A stretch of DNA of 64,000 nucleotides from Candidatus Dojkabacteria bacterium (GTDB lineage: Bacteria > Patescibacteriota > Dojkabacteria > J137). Within the stretch, counting starts at the first letter, position 1. Each line of letters begins with the position of its first letter. This document shows positions 50,787 to 61,208 of this stretch, in pieces. The stretch lies in assembly GCA_041750555.1 (NCBI GenBank), contig JBGSZB010000036.1:17473-81472 (forward strand). Direction: 5' to 3'. The position numbers and the translations under genes were made by a program. The notes under the pieces were generated by a model. It had not been told where the DNA came from and did no database searches. It worked only from the letters and a program-made list of their open reading frames with translations.

Positions 50787-51791
50787 ATGGCACAGTCAGA
50801 TATCAATCTGTCAGAAGTTTTAGAAAGATCTGGAGCTAATACTGTAACTCTTCCTGTAATGCATCATATTGGCTCCATAGAATATGCTATATCTAGTGTA
50901 CTTAGGCAAACTATTAATTTAAATGAGGGTGAGCAAATAGATGTTGATCCTGTGGCTATTATAGGTACTATGAGGGCAGGTAAGACATTTTGTGCAATAT
51001 CTATTGCAAATAAAATTTCTGAATCTGGTCTTAAAACTTATTTTTATAGTCTTACTGATAATAGAGGTAGGCATTTTAATAGAAATGGTCTTGGGCTTAA
51101 CCCTAATGTTATTAATGGGCAAGTTGAAAAAGACTCTAATGCAATCACAGGTTTTATTGAAAGAATTAATTGTGGAGAAATTGAGAGTGGTTCTGTATTG
51201 TTCCTTTCAGAAAAACAGTTTGCTAATGATTTCGGTGATAAAGCTGAAGAACTTATCTCTGTTGCAAGAAGTAAGGGGGTAAAGATAGTTTTTGACTGTC
51301 TGTATAGATTTTTTAGAGGTGATCTTGTTCCTTCAACTCAAAGGTTATTAGCAAATATTTGTACAAATTCAGTTTACTCCATGGTTTCTATTGATTGTTT
51401 TGATCAAACAAGAGAGGCTGAAGTTCCTGCTAGATTCTTAAGGTTCTATGAAGATGGATCAAGTATTAATGGTGATATAGATAATTCAACTTTCTACAAG
51501 GGTTTAAGTAGGGAAGATATATTATCAATGATATATCAGATTAAGAATAACCAATCCCTTAAGGGTAAACTTTGTAGAACTGACGAGATGGGCAGAATAT
51601 ACTATCTACTGCCAGCCCATTGTTCAGATAAAGACGTTGTCCTTGGTGGTGATGAAATATATTTACCTACATCTATTGATACACTTCAAGGTATTGTGTC
51701 CGTAGTAACGGAAGAATTGCCTGATATTAGAGAGAAAATGCAGTATTCAGTTGAGGTGACTAAGAATAATTACTATATGGTTGAGGCTTAG
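50787..51791 (+). CDS. P-loop NTPase-like hypothetical protein with atypically high GC content
   Basis: Walker A-like GTMRAGKT and hydrophobic-D/E VLFLSE. No family recognised. Confidence 0.45.
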   Translation: MAQSDINLSEVLERSGANTVTLPVMHHIGSIEYAISSVLRQTINLNEGEQIDVDPVAIIGTMRAGKTFCAISIANKISESGLKTYFYSLTDNRGRHFNRNGLGLNPNVINGQVEKDSNAITGFIERINCGEIESGSVLFLSEKQFANDFGDKAEELISVARSKGVKIVFDCLYRFFRGDLVPSTQRLLANICTNSVYSMVSIDCFDQTREAEVPARFLRFYEDGSSINGDIDNSTFYKGLSREDILSMIYQIKNNQSLKGKLCRTDEMGRIYYLLPAHCSDKDVVLGGDEIYLPTSIDTLQGIVSVVTEELPDIREKMQYSVEVTKNNYYMVEA

Positions 51792-52054
51792 TTATCTTTT
51801 AAAGCACTTCTTAGATTTTTATATATTTCTTCTTTACTATCTGTTGTCATATCTGGTCTTACCCTAGCCATTACGTTATCAAGCGGATAGCATAAGGATA
51901 CTTCATGATTTGACTCATTTATAAAAAAGTCACGAATTAATGTTAATATTCCCGGACTTGTAATATGTATACTGTAACGATTTAAAACTCTAATAATACT
52001 AAGTATTTGCTGGGTTTCTATCTCGTTATTTTTTCCACCTATAACATTTTGCAT
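51788..52054 (-). CDS. small hypothetical protein
   Basis: 88-aa ORF convergent on the P-loop gene (4-nt overlap). Confidence 0.3.
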   Translation of the reverse strand: MQNVIGGKNNEIETQQILSIIRVLNRYSIHITSPGILTLIRDFFINESNHEVSLCYPLDNVMARVRPDMTTDSKEEIYKNLRSALKDN

Positions 52055-52108
52055 TTATATCTTTTTAACATTTTATCGTTGAATTATACTACATCTATAT
52101 ATAAATAT

Positions 52109-52585
52109 ATGTATAATACTTTCATGATATCAGCAGGAATCTTAATGTATAGAATAGTTAATGGCTTAGAAGTATTTTTAGTACATCCTGGAGATCCATA
52201 TAGATGTAAAACTGAGTATGGTGTATGGAGTATACCTAAAGGATTAAGAGAAGATGGAGAAGAATTAATAGATACAGCAATTAGAGAGTTTAATGAAGAA
52301 ACAGGCTTCAATATATTAATTAATAGAGATAAATTAATAGATTTAGGAATTGTTAAAACTAGCTACAAAGATATACAAATATATGGATATAATCTAGATT
52401 TAGGAAATAATTTAAAAGTTAAAAGTAATACATTTAAAATGGAGTGGCCACCTAAATCAAATAAACAAATGGAATTTTTAGAAGCAGATAGAGGAGAGTA
52501 TTTTAATATTAATGAAGCATATATGAGATTGAATAAGAATCAATTAGAGTTTTTAAATAGATTAAAGAGTTATTTAAAAATATAG
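52109..52585 (+). CDS. NUDIX hydrolase (second copy in the window)
   Basis: Nudix box IPKGLREDGEELIDTAIREFNEETGF. The start is placed at ATG 52109 to avoid overlapping the convergent ORF. Confidence 0.7.
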   Translation: MYNTFMISAGILMYRIVNGLEVFLVHPGDPYRCKTEYGVWSIPKGLREDGEELIDTAIREFNEETGFNILINRDKLIDLGIVKTSYKDIQIYGYNLDLGNNLKVKSNTFKMEWPPKSNKQMEFLEADRGEYFNINEAYMRLNKNQLEFLNRLKSYLKI

Positions 52586-52595
52586 TTAGATAAAA

Positions 52596-52620
52596 AAAGA
52601 CCCCATTTCTGGGGTCTTTT
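52596..52620. terminator. bidirectional rho-independent terminator (aagacccca-tttc-tggggtctt flanked by A and T runs)
   Basis: A GC-rich 8-9-bp stem between the convergent NUDIX and beta-helix genes, with T-tracts on both strands. Confidence 0.6.
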
Positions 52621-52638
52621 AATTTACATTAAATTTAG

Positions 52639-55600
52639 TTAAACATTTACAGGTCTATTTCTAGTGTAAACATAGTAACCACCTCCTATAAAGACAATTA
52701 CTAAGATAATTAATAATATTAACCATAAATTAAATCCAGTACTAGAAGTTGAATAAATTCCAAAGTTAACATTAGATGTATTTGAATTAACATCAAAATC
52801 AAAATTATCTTCACCACCTAAGAAGAATCCTTCAGGAATATCTTCTGTATCTACTTTAACAATATAGTTACCTGGACATAATTCTGTTTCCCAGTAACCA
52901 ATTGAGTTTGTAGTTAGACTAGCTATTACAACTTCGTTATTATCTTCATCTAATACTCTAATAGTTAAATCTACATTATTTACACCTTCTTCGTTATTAT
53001 CTTTTGCATTGTTTCCACTGTTATCCTTAAATACAAATCCTGATACTCTAAATTGAGTTTCACAAACTTGATCAATTAAACCTTCAATATCTCCATTATT
53101 TTCTTCATTTTCATTATCATTATCATCTGTATTCTCACCTTGAACTTGAGGAGCTCCAATACCTGCTACATTAATAGTAACGCTAGCATTTGCAACATCT
53201 CCATCAACATCACTAACATTAACACTACATATATAGTTACCTGATGTTAAGTTAAGTACATTACTTAAAACTGCAGTATCATTTGTTGAAGATATTACTC
53301 CTGAACAAATTCCACCAAAAGTATATGTGTAAGCTGGATTACCAACACTACCTAATATTGCATTAACATTAAAGTTAATGTTTGGAGCTACAAATATTGT
53401 TCCTGCATTATTTATTGCTGGTAAATTACCACTTAAGAATATTGTTGGAGTTAAATCTGTTGGTTCAACGATTTCTTCTTCACTCTCACTTACAATTACA
53501 GTTATATCATCTGTTGCACTATCACCATCTTGATCCATAACCTCAACTGAACATGTATATGTTCCAGGAACTGATGGAGTATTTATTGTTAATGAATTAC
53601 CACTACATCCTGCAAAGTTACCATCAAACCAACTAACAATAGTTGTAGGTTCGTTTCCGCCAGTAATATTTGCACTTAATGTAATTGCTTCTTCAATAGT
53701 ATTTTCTGATGGAGAAGCTACAATCTCTACAGTTGGAGCTAAATCTTCAACCATGTTTATGCAGTATACATCAACACTTTCTCCACCTGGAGTATAGAAT
53801 GAACTCTCTATTACTTCACTTGGAACAATCTCTCTATCCTCATAATATGCGTAACAACCTAAGTTTAAAAATCCTTCTTGTTCAGTTTCTGTAATTTCAT
53901 AAGTTCCTGGGAATACATGAAATGTATGTATTAATGAATCTTCTCCATTATCACTTATTAGTCCATTATCACTATTTAAAACCATAAATCCTGAAATACC
54001 TACTTCAAATTCTGTGCTACTTGTTATATCTTCAAAGTTTGAAGTTATTAACTCTTTATGTACATTAATTTGACTTAATTCATAAGTGTAATCAATACTT
54101 CCAAGTTCTGTTGGATAATCATTTAAAAATGAAATATCATCATTTGAATTACAAACTCCATGTAAGAATGGAGAAGTATTACAGTCATGAACTAATTTCT
54201 TTTCAACTTGATTATTAAAGAATGGACCAACACCTGCTGACCAAAGTAGTGTTGATTTAGCATCAATATTAAATTCAGGTACATTGTAGATAAAGTCTAA
54301 TAGATTTGATGTAAATGTATTTCTCCAGAACATTTTGTTTTCAAATCCTTCATATTGATTTAATTCATTTTTAAATGCAGTATTTCCAGCTCCTCCGTAA
54401 TATACAGCAGAGTGTAATGCTCCATTAAATGTATTGCTTGATACATAAATATCTTCAATTCCATCAGTTGGAGTTACTCCATTTAATGAAGTATCATATC
54501 CACCAACCATTAAAAAGAAGTTAGATACGCCATTTGAATTAAAAGTATTTTGATCAATATATACATTATCTATAACAGCTCCATTAGTCCAACCTTCCCA
54601 AATTTGAATTGCAGTATTAAAGTTTCTTTCAAAAAGATTAGATCTAATTTCTGCTTTAGATAATACCTCAGCATATATTGCTCTAGACTTTAAATTTCTA
54701 AATTCGTTATTCTCAATTAATACATTATTCAAAACAGGATTACCAAATCCAGCTAAAAATGTTTCTTCACCTGCAACATATATACCATAACTATTAGCTC
54801 TATCCATTCCATTTACAATATTGTTTGTAAAGTTAAAACCTTGAACTTTAGCAGTTGATGCAACTTTAATTGCAACATTATTGTTAATAAACTCAGAGTT
54901 ATTAACATCAATATTTGTGCTATATAGTGTATTATCTAAACTTAGTGCATAGTTACTAAAGTTTGAAAATCTAACGCCAGTTATTGTTAAATCATAAACT
55001 ACTCCTCTAATATCAAATCCTCTGTTAGCTGGAGTAGCACCTTCTCTTAAAGCAAAATCTTCAAAGGTATATTTGTTACCACCTTTAACTAAAATTGTTC
55101 CTTCTATAATAGTATTATTAAATCCGCTACCTAATATAGTTAATCCCTCAAGTTCTGGATCGTTTTCTATTACGATGTTTTCGTTATAAATTCCTGTATC
55201 AATGGTTATTGTATGAGGAGTATTAATATCAGTTGCTGCAAAATCAATAGCTTCCTGTATTGTTGCAAAACATACTCCTATTGCATAAACACCACCTGGA
55301 CAACTAATTGCAGGAGTAGGTGTTACAAAAAATATTGTAAAGTGATCTGAAATAAATCTAACTACATTATCTAATTTCTCTACTTCGTTAATAGTAAAAG
55401 ATGATTCATTTACATCCTCCATATATTTAACTTTAGCATCATCTCCAAATTGATTAGGTAATGTCATTTCGTAGTTAAAAGTTCCATCTGTTAAATTTGA
55501 TTTGAATTCATAACCTAAAACTATGTTTCCATTAACTTCTACCTCTTTTTCTTCAATAGTTAAATATGAATTTTCTATGTTTGATGTGATTGTTAAAAAG

Positions 55601-55947
55601 TTAATTGTTACATCATTATTTAATGGGTAAACATATAAAGTGTCAGTTTTTATATTATTTATTGTATATAGCCCCTCACTCAAAGTATAAGTTGTTTCAT
55701 TAACAACAATTTCGCTAGTTTCTTTTTCTTCAGTTAAGTTAATAACTTCATCTAGTGTTACATCTGTAACGTCATTTATTTCTTCTTCACTTACGACATC
55801 TTCATTAACTACTTCACTAGTTTGAGTTGGATAAGATAATGGAGCTTCTTGTGCTTGTAGAGCAAAAGGAACTAAGAATGGGTTTAGTACAACTAAACCA
55901 GTTATGATTAGATTTAATAATCTTAATCTTTTAGTATTTTTATTCAT
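52639..55947 (-). CDS. large cell-surface protein with right-handed parallel beta-helix (pectin-lyase-fold) repeats and C-terminal TM anchor
   Basis: Signal peptide. Repeated NN..I.N/G-rich PbH1-like units. Ig-like Thr/Ser-rich segments. Terminal LWLILLIILVIVFIGGGYYVYTRNR anchor. Confidence 0.55.
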   Translation of the reverse strand: MNKNTKRLRLLNLIITGLVVLNPFLVPFALQAQEAPLSYPTQTSEVVNEDVVSEEEINDVTDVTLDEVINLTEEKETSEIVVNETTYTLSEGLYTINNIKTDTLYVYPLNNDVTINFLTITSNIENSYLTIEEKEVEVNGNIVLGYEFKSNLTDGTFNYEMTLPNQFGDDAKVKYMEDVNESSFTINEVEKLDNVVRFISDHFTIFFVTPTPAISCPGGVYAIGVCFATIQEAIDFAATDINTPHTITIDTGIYNENIVIENDPELEGLTILGSGFNNTIIEGTILVKGGNKYTFEDFALREGATPANRGFDIRGVVYDLTITGVRFSNFSNYALSLDNTLYSTNIDVNNSEFINNNVAIKVASTAKVQGFNFTNNIVNGMDRANSYGIYVAGEETFLAGFGNPVLNNVLIENNEFRNLKSRAIYAEVLSKAEIRSNLFERNFNTAIQIWEGWTNGAVIDNVYIDQNTFNSNGVSNFFLMVGGYDTSLNGVTPTDGIEDIYVSSNTFNGALHSAVYYGGAGNTAFKNELNQYEGFENKMFWRNTFTSNLLDFIYNVPEFNIDAKSTLLWSAGVGPFFNNQVEKKLVHDCNTSPFLHGVCNSNDDISFLNDYPTELGSIDYTYELSQINVHKELITSNFEDITSSTEFEVGISGFMVLNSDNGLISDNGEDSLIHTFHVFPGTYEITETEQEGFLNLGCYAYYEDREIVPSEVIESSFYTPGGESVDVYCINMVEDLAPTVEIVASPSENTIEEAITLSANITGGNEPTTIVSWFDGNFAGCSGNSLTINTPSVPGTYTCSVEVMDQDGDSATDDITVIVSESEEEIVEPTDLTPTIFLSGNLPAINNAGTIFVAPNINFNVNAILGSVGNPAYTYTFGGICSGVISSTNDTAVLSNVLNLTSGNYICSVNVSDVDGDVANASVTINVAGIGAPQVQGENTDDNDNENEENNGDIEGLIDQVCETQFRVSGFVFKDNSGNNAKDNNEEGVNNVDLTIRVLDEDNNEVVIASLTTNSIGYWETELCPGNYIVKVDTEDIPEGFFLGGEDNFDFDVNSNTSNVNFGIYSTSSTGFNLWLILLIILVIVFIGGGYYVYTRNRPVNV

Positions 55948-56054
55948 AAATATGTAATAAATGCTATATAAATCATGTTAATTTTAGCTTTTTTACTCAA
56001 TATATACAATATATCATTGATATATTTCTAATCTTGGTATTTATTCACTATAAG

Positions 56055-57320
56055 CTATTTAACTTTAATTATTTCATTAATATTTGTAGTGTATTCTGGA
56101 GAAATATGTTCTTTTTTCATTTTCCAAAATTGCTTAACTCCACAGGATGAACATTTAATAATCTCTCTACCATATCTATTATTTAAATAATCAAAAGCCT
56201 TCATTAGACCATCATTATTATCCATGTTTGTAATATCGTTATTAAAATATAGTTGTCTATTAGTAGATGGAGTAATACCAAGTAACATCACAGTAGCCTT
56301 TTTATATAGGTATCCACTTTTATAAATCTTTTTTAATGCATATATTCCACATCTTATTAAATCAGGGTTAAAGCTTGAAGGTTGTTTAAGAGAGTTTATA
56401 TAGTAATTAAAGTATTGAGGTATATCATCTCTAAATTTATTTGTTTTAATTGAAACATAAACATAGCTAGCTAGGGATTTTTGAGCTCTTAATTTCTCTG
56501 ATGCTCTTGAGATATAGGAGGAAACTGCTTCTTCTAATTCTTTATAGCTAGTTACAGCTCTCCCAAATGATCTAGAAGAGAGTATCTGTTTTCTATAAAT
56601 TACTTCATCTGATCCGATTTTACATTTTAATTCTTTTAATTCATCAGCTATTCTAACCTCAGTTATACTAAAATTCTTTTTTAACCAAGTTCTATTACTA
56701 TCTCTTAATTGTAATGCGTTATATATTCCATAACTATTTAATTTAAGTGTTGTTTTATACCCTATACCCCATACTTCTGAAATATTTAAATCTTTTAAAA
56801 ATATATCGCAATCTTTCACTTCTTCCCATAAAAATACACCACTATTTTTTTTAGCCACATGGTTACATATTTTAGAAAGTGTTTTATTTGGAGCAACTCC
56901 AATTGATACAGGAATACCACTTCCTCTAATTACCTTATCTCTAATATTAGCTATATATTCTTTTTTAAAATCTAAGTCTTTATTACTAAACCACTTAGGG
57001 AATTTTATAAAGGCTTCATCTATTGAATATATTTCAATATCTCTAACCTCAGCTTTTAAAATATCCATAACTCTTCTACTCATATCTCCGTAAAGAATAA
57101 AGTTAGCTGAAAATACTTTTACACCTTTTGTTTCTACTATATCTCTACATTTATGAATGGGTTCTCCCATAGGGATTTTTAATTCTTTAGCCTCCCTAGA
57201 TCTTGCTACTATGCACCCATCGTTATTTGATAGTACAACTATAGGTACATTTTTTAATTTAGGATTAAAAGCTCTTTCACAAGAGGCATAAAAGTTGTTA
57301 CAGTCTAATAGACCTATCAT
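56055..57320 (-). CDS. umuC: Y-family translesion DNA polymerase (UmuC-like)
   Basis: MIGLLDCNNFYASCERAFNPKLKNVPIVVLSNNDGCIVARSREAKELKIPMGEP closely matches the E. coli UmuC N-terminus. Confidence 0.85.
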   Translation of the reverse strand: MIGLLDCNNFYASCERAFNPKLKNVPIVVLSNNDGCIVARSREAKELKIPMGEPIHKCRDIVETKGVKVFSANFILYGDMSRRVMDILKAEVRDIEIYSIDEAFIKFPKWFSNKDLDFKKEYIANIRDKVIRGSGIPVSIGVAPNKTLSKICNHVAKKNSGVFLWEEVKDCDIFLKDLNISEVWGIGYKTTLKLNSYGIYNALQLRDSNRTWLKKNFSITEVRIADELKELKCKIGSDEVIYRKQILSSRSFGRAVTSYKELEEAVSSYISRASEKLRAQKSLASYVYVSIKTNKFRDDIPQYFNYYINSLKQPSSFNPDLIRCGIYALKKIYKSGYLYKKATVMLLGITPSTNRQLYFNNDITNMDNNDGLMKAFDYLNNRYGREIIKCSSCGVKQFWKMKKEHISPEYTTNINEIIKVK

Positions 57321-57348
57321 AATTAGAATTTATCATAGGTGTACCTAA

Positions 57349-58542
57349 CTATTTAAGATATTTTCTATCCTTCAATTCATCTGGAAAGTGTTGTTGATCT
57401 AATTTCTTATCTTTGTATTCAGGTGCATATTTATATCCTTTACCATAACCTAAATCTTTCATAAGTTTAGTAGGGGCATTTCTAATAACCATTGGGACTG
57501 GTAGAGATCCATATTTATATACATCTTCTTGTGCTTTACTTAGGGCAATATATGAGGCATTACTTTTAGGTGCTTTGCCAAGATATTCACATAGTTGAAT
57601 TAAAAAAATATCACACTCAGGTCTACCAAGTTTCTGACATGCTTCAAAGACAGTATTAGCTAAAATTAAGGCTTGGGGATCACTATTCCCTATATCTTCA
57701 CTAGCAAATCGCAACAATCTTCTTGCAATGTATAATGGATCTTCTCCACCAACTAACATTCTTGTAACCCAATAAATTGCTGCATTTGGATCTGAATCTC
57801 TTAATGATTTATGTATAGCTGAGATAATATTAAAATGATCTTCACCCCGACTTTCATATTGTAAAAAGTTCTCCACTGAATTTTTAATTGTTTCTTTTGT
57901 AATCTTTTTAGAGCTTCCAGATAATGTAATTAAACTCTCTAAAATATTAGAAGCATTTCTTAAATCTCCATCAGATAGTTTGGCTATTAACTCCTTAGAT
58001 TCTTTATCAACTTTAATAACTTCATTATCAAGCTTTAATCTTTCTAGAATAAATTCAATAAACTTTAAAACATCATTTTCATTATGTTTTTTAAATGTAA
58101 AAACTCTAGTTCTTGAAAGTAGAGCAGGTATTAAACTAAATGATGGATTCTCTGTAGTTGCACCAATTAATGTTATTACTCCTTTTTCTACATATGGAAG
58201 TAGAGCATCTTGTTGGGATTTGTTCCATCTATGAATTTCATCTAAAAAAAGTATTGAACTTCTATTCTCTTTATATGTTTTTAATGCTTTAGTAATAATC
58301 TTTTTTAAATTATCTTTACCACTCATTACAGCTGATAATTTATAGAAATCGTAGTTAAGTGTTTTAGATAAAATATATGCTAAGGTAGTTTTCCCAGTTC
58401 CAGGTGGACCCCAAAATATCATTGAAGGTATCTTATTATTTTTTACAAATTCTCTAATTGCCCTACCACTTCCTACTAAATGTTCTTGTCCTATAAACTC
58501 ATCAAGGGTAGATGCTCTATATTTTGATGCTAGTGGTTCCAT
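57349..58542 (-). CDS. rarA: replication-associated recombination protein A (MgsA)
   Basis: N-terminal [12 protein letters not shown]. Walker [13 protein letters not shown]-terminal [21 protein letters not shown]. Confidence 0.85.
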   Translation of the reverse strand: MEPLASKYRASTLDEFIGQEHLVGSGRAIREFVKNNKIPSMIFWGPPGTGKTTLAYILSKTLNYDFYKLSAVMSGKDNLKKIITKALKTYKENRSSILFLDEIHRWNKSQQDALLPYVEKGVITLIGATTENPSFSLIPALLSRTRVFTFKKHNENDVLKFIEFILERLKLDNEVIKVDKESKELIAKLSDGDLRNASNILESLITLSGSSKKITKETIKNSVENFLQYESRGEDHFNIISAIHKSLRDSDPNAAIYWVTRMLVGGEDPLYIARRLLRFASEDIGNSDPQALILANTVFEACQKLGRPECDIFLIQLCEYLGKAPKSNASYIALSKAQEDVYKYGSLPVPMVIRNAPTKLMKDLGYGKGYKYAPEYKDKKLDQQHFPDELKDRKYLK

Positions 58543-58794
58543 GTTATTTAAATGTTATATATTAATTATTTAGTATTTTAATTAAAAACAAAGACAGATA
58601 GGCGTTTTAATAATAATTTAGCTAACTTTTAAAAATAGCTTATGTACAAAATAGTTATTCAATTTAAAATATATTTAAACTCTTTAAAGTAGCTTAGTTT
58701 TTTTAATTTAACTTATTATATATAGTGTATACCTAAATATATAAAGAACATAATAAATATTATAAGCTTTGACAGAATTTAATCATCTAATTTA

Positions 58795-59535
58795 ATGTAT
58801 TTAGTTAAAGTAAATAAAATGGTTCAAAATTCTGTTGAAACAATTATACATAGGAAAATTCTAATACAATACCTTTTAAAACAATCCCCATTATTTTTAA
58901 CAAGATCTCAATGTGTTAATTTCATATTAGAAGCAATTAGTGAATTAGATTTAGATATCCCAACTAATAGAATTAATGAAGATAATATTATCTTATGGAT
59001 AAGAGTACTTAAAGCTAATTTCTTCACTAATTGTAGTAAATTAAGCACTGAATATAGGTTTAATATATCTACAAATTCAGTTTCTATTCATCCACTACCT
59101 TTCATTATTGATAAGAGTACTTTTACAGGGTTTGAGAATCCTGAGATAGAATCTGATATTTACAACTTATTACTATTACTATTGTATAACCAATCAGATC
59201 TTTTAATTGGAATGCTAAGAAGTTACTTTAATAAAATAAAATATATTTCTCAAGGGTCTGATGATTTAATATTATGTTTTTATAGAATAACAGAGCCAAC
59301 TGCAATTAGTAGGCACTCTAGAATATTAAGAGTGCATCCAGTTTATGAAGGTGAATCTATTATGTATTTTAGACAAAGAGTTCACGAGTTTAATAGACAA
59401 CTATATAATCTATGTTTAAAGTATGAAGCTAACTTTCTATTTTCATTAGCCTTACCTGAAAAAGCTAAAGGAAGAGCTTTAACTTTATCTATATTTAATT
59501 CACATCAAGAGTTATTAGATTATTTAGAATCTTGA
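58795..59535 (+). CDS. hypothetical protein
   Basis: 246-aa ORF immediately upstream of umuD. Confidence 0.35.
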   Translation: MYLVKVNKMVQNSVETIIHRKILIQYLLKQSPLFLTRSQCVNFILEAISELDLDIPTNRINEDNIILWIRVLKANFFTNCSKLSTEYRFNISTNSVSIHPLPFIIDKSTFTGFENPEIESDIYNLLLLLLYNQSDLLIGMLRSYFNKIKYISQGSDDLILCFYRITEPTAISRHSRILRVHPVYEGESIMYFRQRVHEFNRQLYNLCLKYEANFLFSLALPEKAKGRALTLSIFNSHQELLDYLES

Positions 59536-59584
59536 CTATTAAGGTTACACCTATAGTATTATTTAAATATATAACTTTAATAAT

Positions 59585-59968
59585 ATGTATTTACCAATTT
59601 TTCTAAGTAGCATTAAAGCAGGTTTTCCATCTCCTGCTGATGACTACATTGATAAATCAATAGATTTAAATGAAGAATTAATATCTCATCCCTCTAGTAC
59701 ATATTTAGCTCGAGTTAGTGGAGATTCAATGAGAGATATTGGAATATTTCCCAATGATATATTAATAGTAGATAAGTCATTAACTCCTAAAATCCGTGAT
59801 ATTGTTGTAGCTAGTATAGATGGAGAATTCTTAGTTAAGAGATATATAAAGAGGGGGAATCAGATAATATTAAGATCTGAAAATTCTAATTACAAAGATA
59901 TATTAATTTCAACTGAAGAATTTGATTTATGTGGAGTAGTAATATATTCAATTAGAAAACACAGTTAA
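59585..59968 (+). CDS. umuD: UmuD-like S24 peptidase (LexA-type self-cleaving domain)
   Basis: AGFPSPADDYIDKSIDLNEELISHPSSTYLARVSGDSMRD...VKRY matches UmuD (Ser in GDSM, Lys in VKR). Confidence 0.85.
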   Translation: MYLPIFLSSIKAGFPSPADDYIDKSIDLNEELISHPSSTYLARVSGDSMRDIGIFPNDILIVDKSLTPKIRDIVVASIDGEFLVKRYIKRGNQIILRSENSNYKDILISTEEFDLCGVVIYSIRKHS

Positions 59969-59987
59969 TACTTTAAGGATATTACCC

Positions 59988-61177
59988 TTATTGTCTAAAG
60001 ATAACTTCTTCTCTAGAGAACATCTTTACAGAGATATATAGCGCTATTAAAAACATTGAGATTGTGGCAATAAACGAAGCTAAGTAATTAAGAATAATAA
60101 AGTCACCTAGTAACACTTGTTTAATTAGTGCTACTTGACCAACTAGTGGTATAAAAAATAATGCAAGTGGAGTATTAATATCAAATGCTTGACCACTTAA
60201 TCCAATAAATACTGAAGCTAAAAGTAGAGGTAGAATATATAATCCTCCTTCCTTTTGATTTCTAGAATATATACCAAGTAGAACAAGTAGGGATGAAACT
60301 AAGAATGATAGTGGTAATAATATTAAAATATTTGAAATAACTTATCAAAGCCAATAATAATATTACCAATTTCTCCACCTTGTTGACCCATTAGGGATTG
60401 TGGCATTAAGGTAAAAGTTAGCGTAAGAGATGCAATATTTAAAACTAGAGAGAATAGGGATAAAACTAAAATAGCAGATATCTTAGAAATACCAATAGTT
60501 ACTCTGGAAGCATTAATACTTAATGTAGTAGCTAATGTATTTTTTTCTTTTTCTCCTGCTGTTAATTCAATAGCAAATTGAGCAGCTCCTTGAATTAATG
60601 CAATTAATATTACATATGGTAAAAAGAATAGAATAAAAGAACTTTGTGCAGGTTTATTCTCTACTTCTTGTAAAGTAATAGTTGAAAATACAATTGGATT
60701 TAAACCTGCTTCAGTTATTCCTAAGTTACTTAATATATTAGCTCTTTTAATAATATTATATTCTTCAATTAATGGTTGTACTTTAATTAAACTTCCAGTT
60801 GAAGAATTAGAACTTTGATCATAAATATATTTAATACTTAAGTTAGCCTCTAAACTATTAATTTCTAAATAACCTTTAATGTTCTGATCTTTTAAATCAA
60901 TATTTGGTGTATCACTTTCTAATATTCTTAAAGTATCCTTATTCTCTAAAAATGATATTAACTCTTGAGACTCTACAGAATTAACATTATCTACAATACT
61001 TAAAACTAATTCTTCATTTTTAATCTGATCAGTTTGAAACTTTTCTAATAAACTTATACCTGTAATTAATAATGGAGTTAATACAACTGACATTACTATA
61101 AAAGATAAAAATGATTTTTTATCTCTTACAATGTTTAGTAACTCTTTTTTAAATAATTTTATAAATTTATTATTCAT
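59988..61177 (-). pseudogene. ABC-2 (NatB-like) permease interrupted by a -1 frameshift near 60323-60341
   Basis: The 284-aa ORF ends at 60323. An open frame continues in another phase to a TAA at 59988..59990 and encodes TM-rich permease C-terminal sequence. One extra A in the A4 run at 60326-60329 would restore a ~395-aa protein. Confidence 0.6.
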
Positions 61178-61208
61178 TATTACTTATTTCATTAAATACA
61201 ATTTCTAA

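Noticed and set aside
52007-52108. First 34 codons of the second NUDIX ORF (MLGFYLVIFSTYNIL...)
   Set aside because: They overlap the convergent 88-aa ORF and the intergenic AT-rich region. The Nudix fold begins after the internal ATG at 52109.
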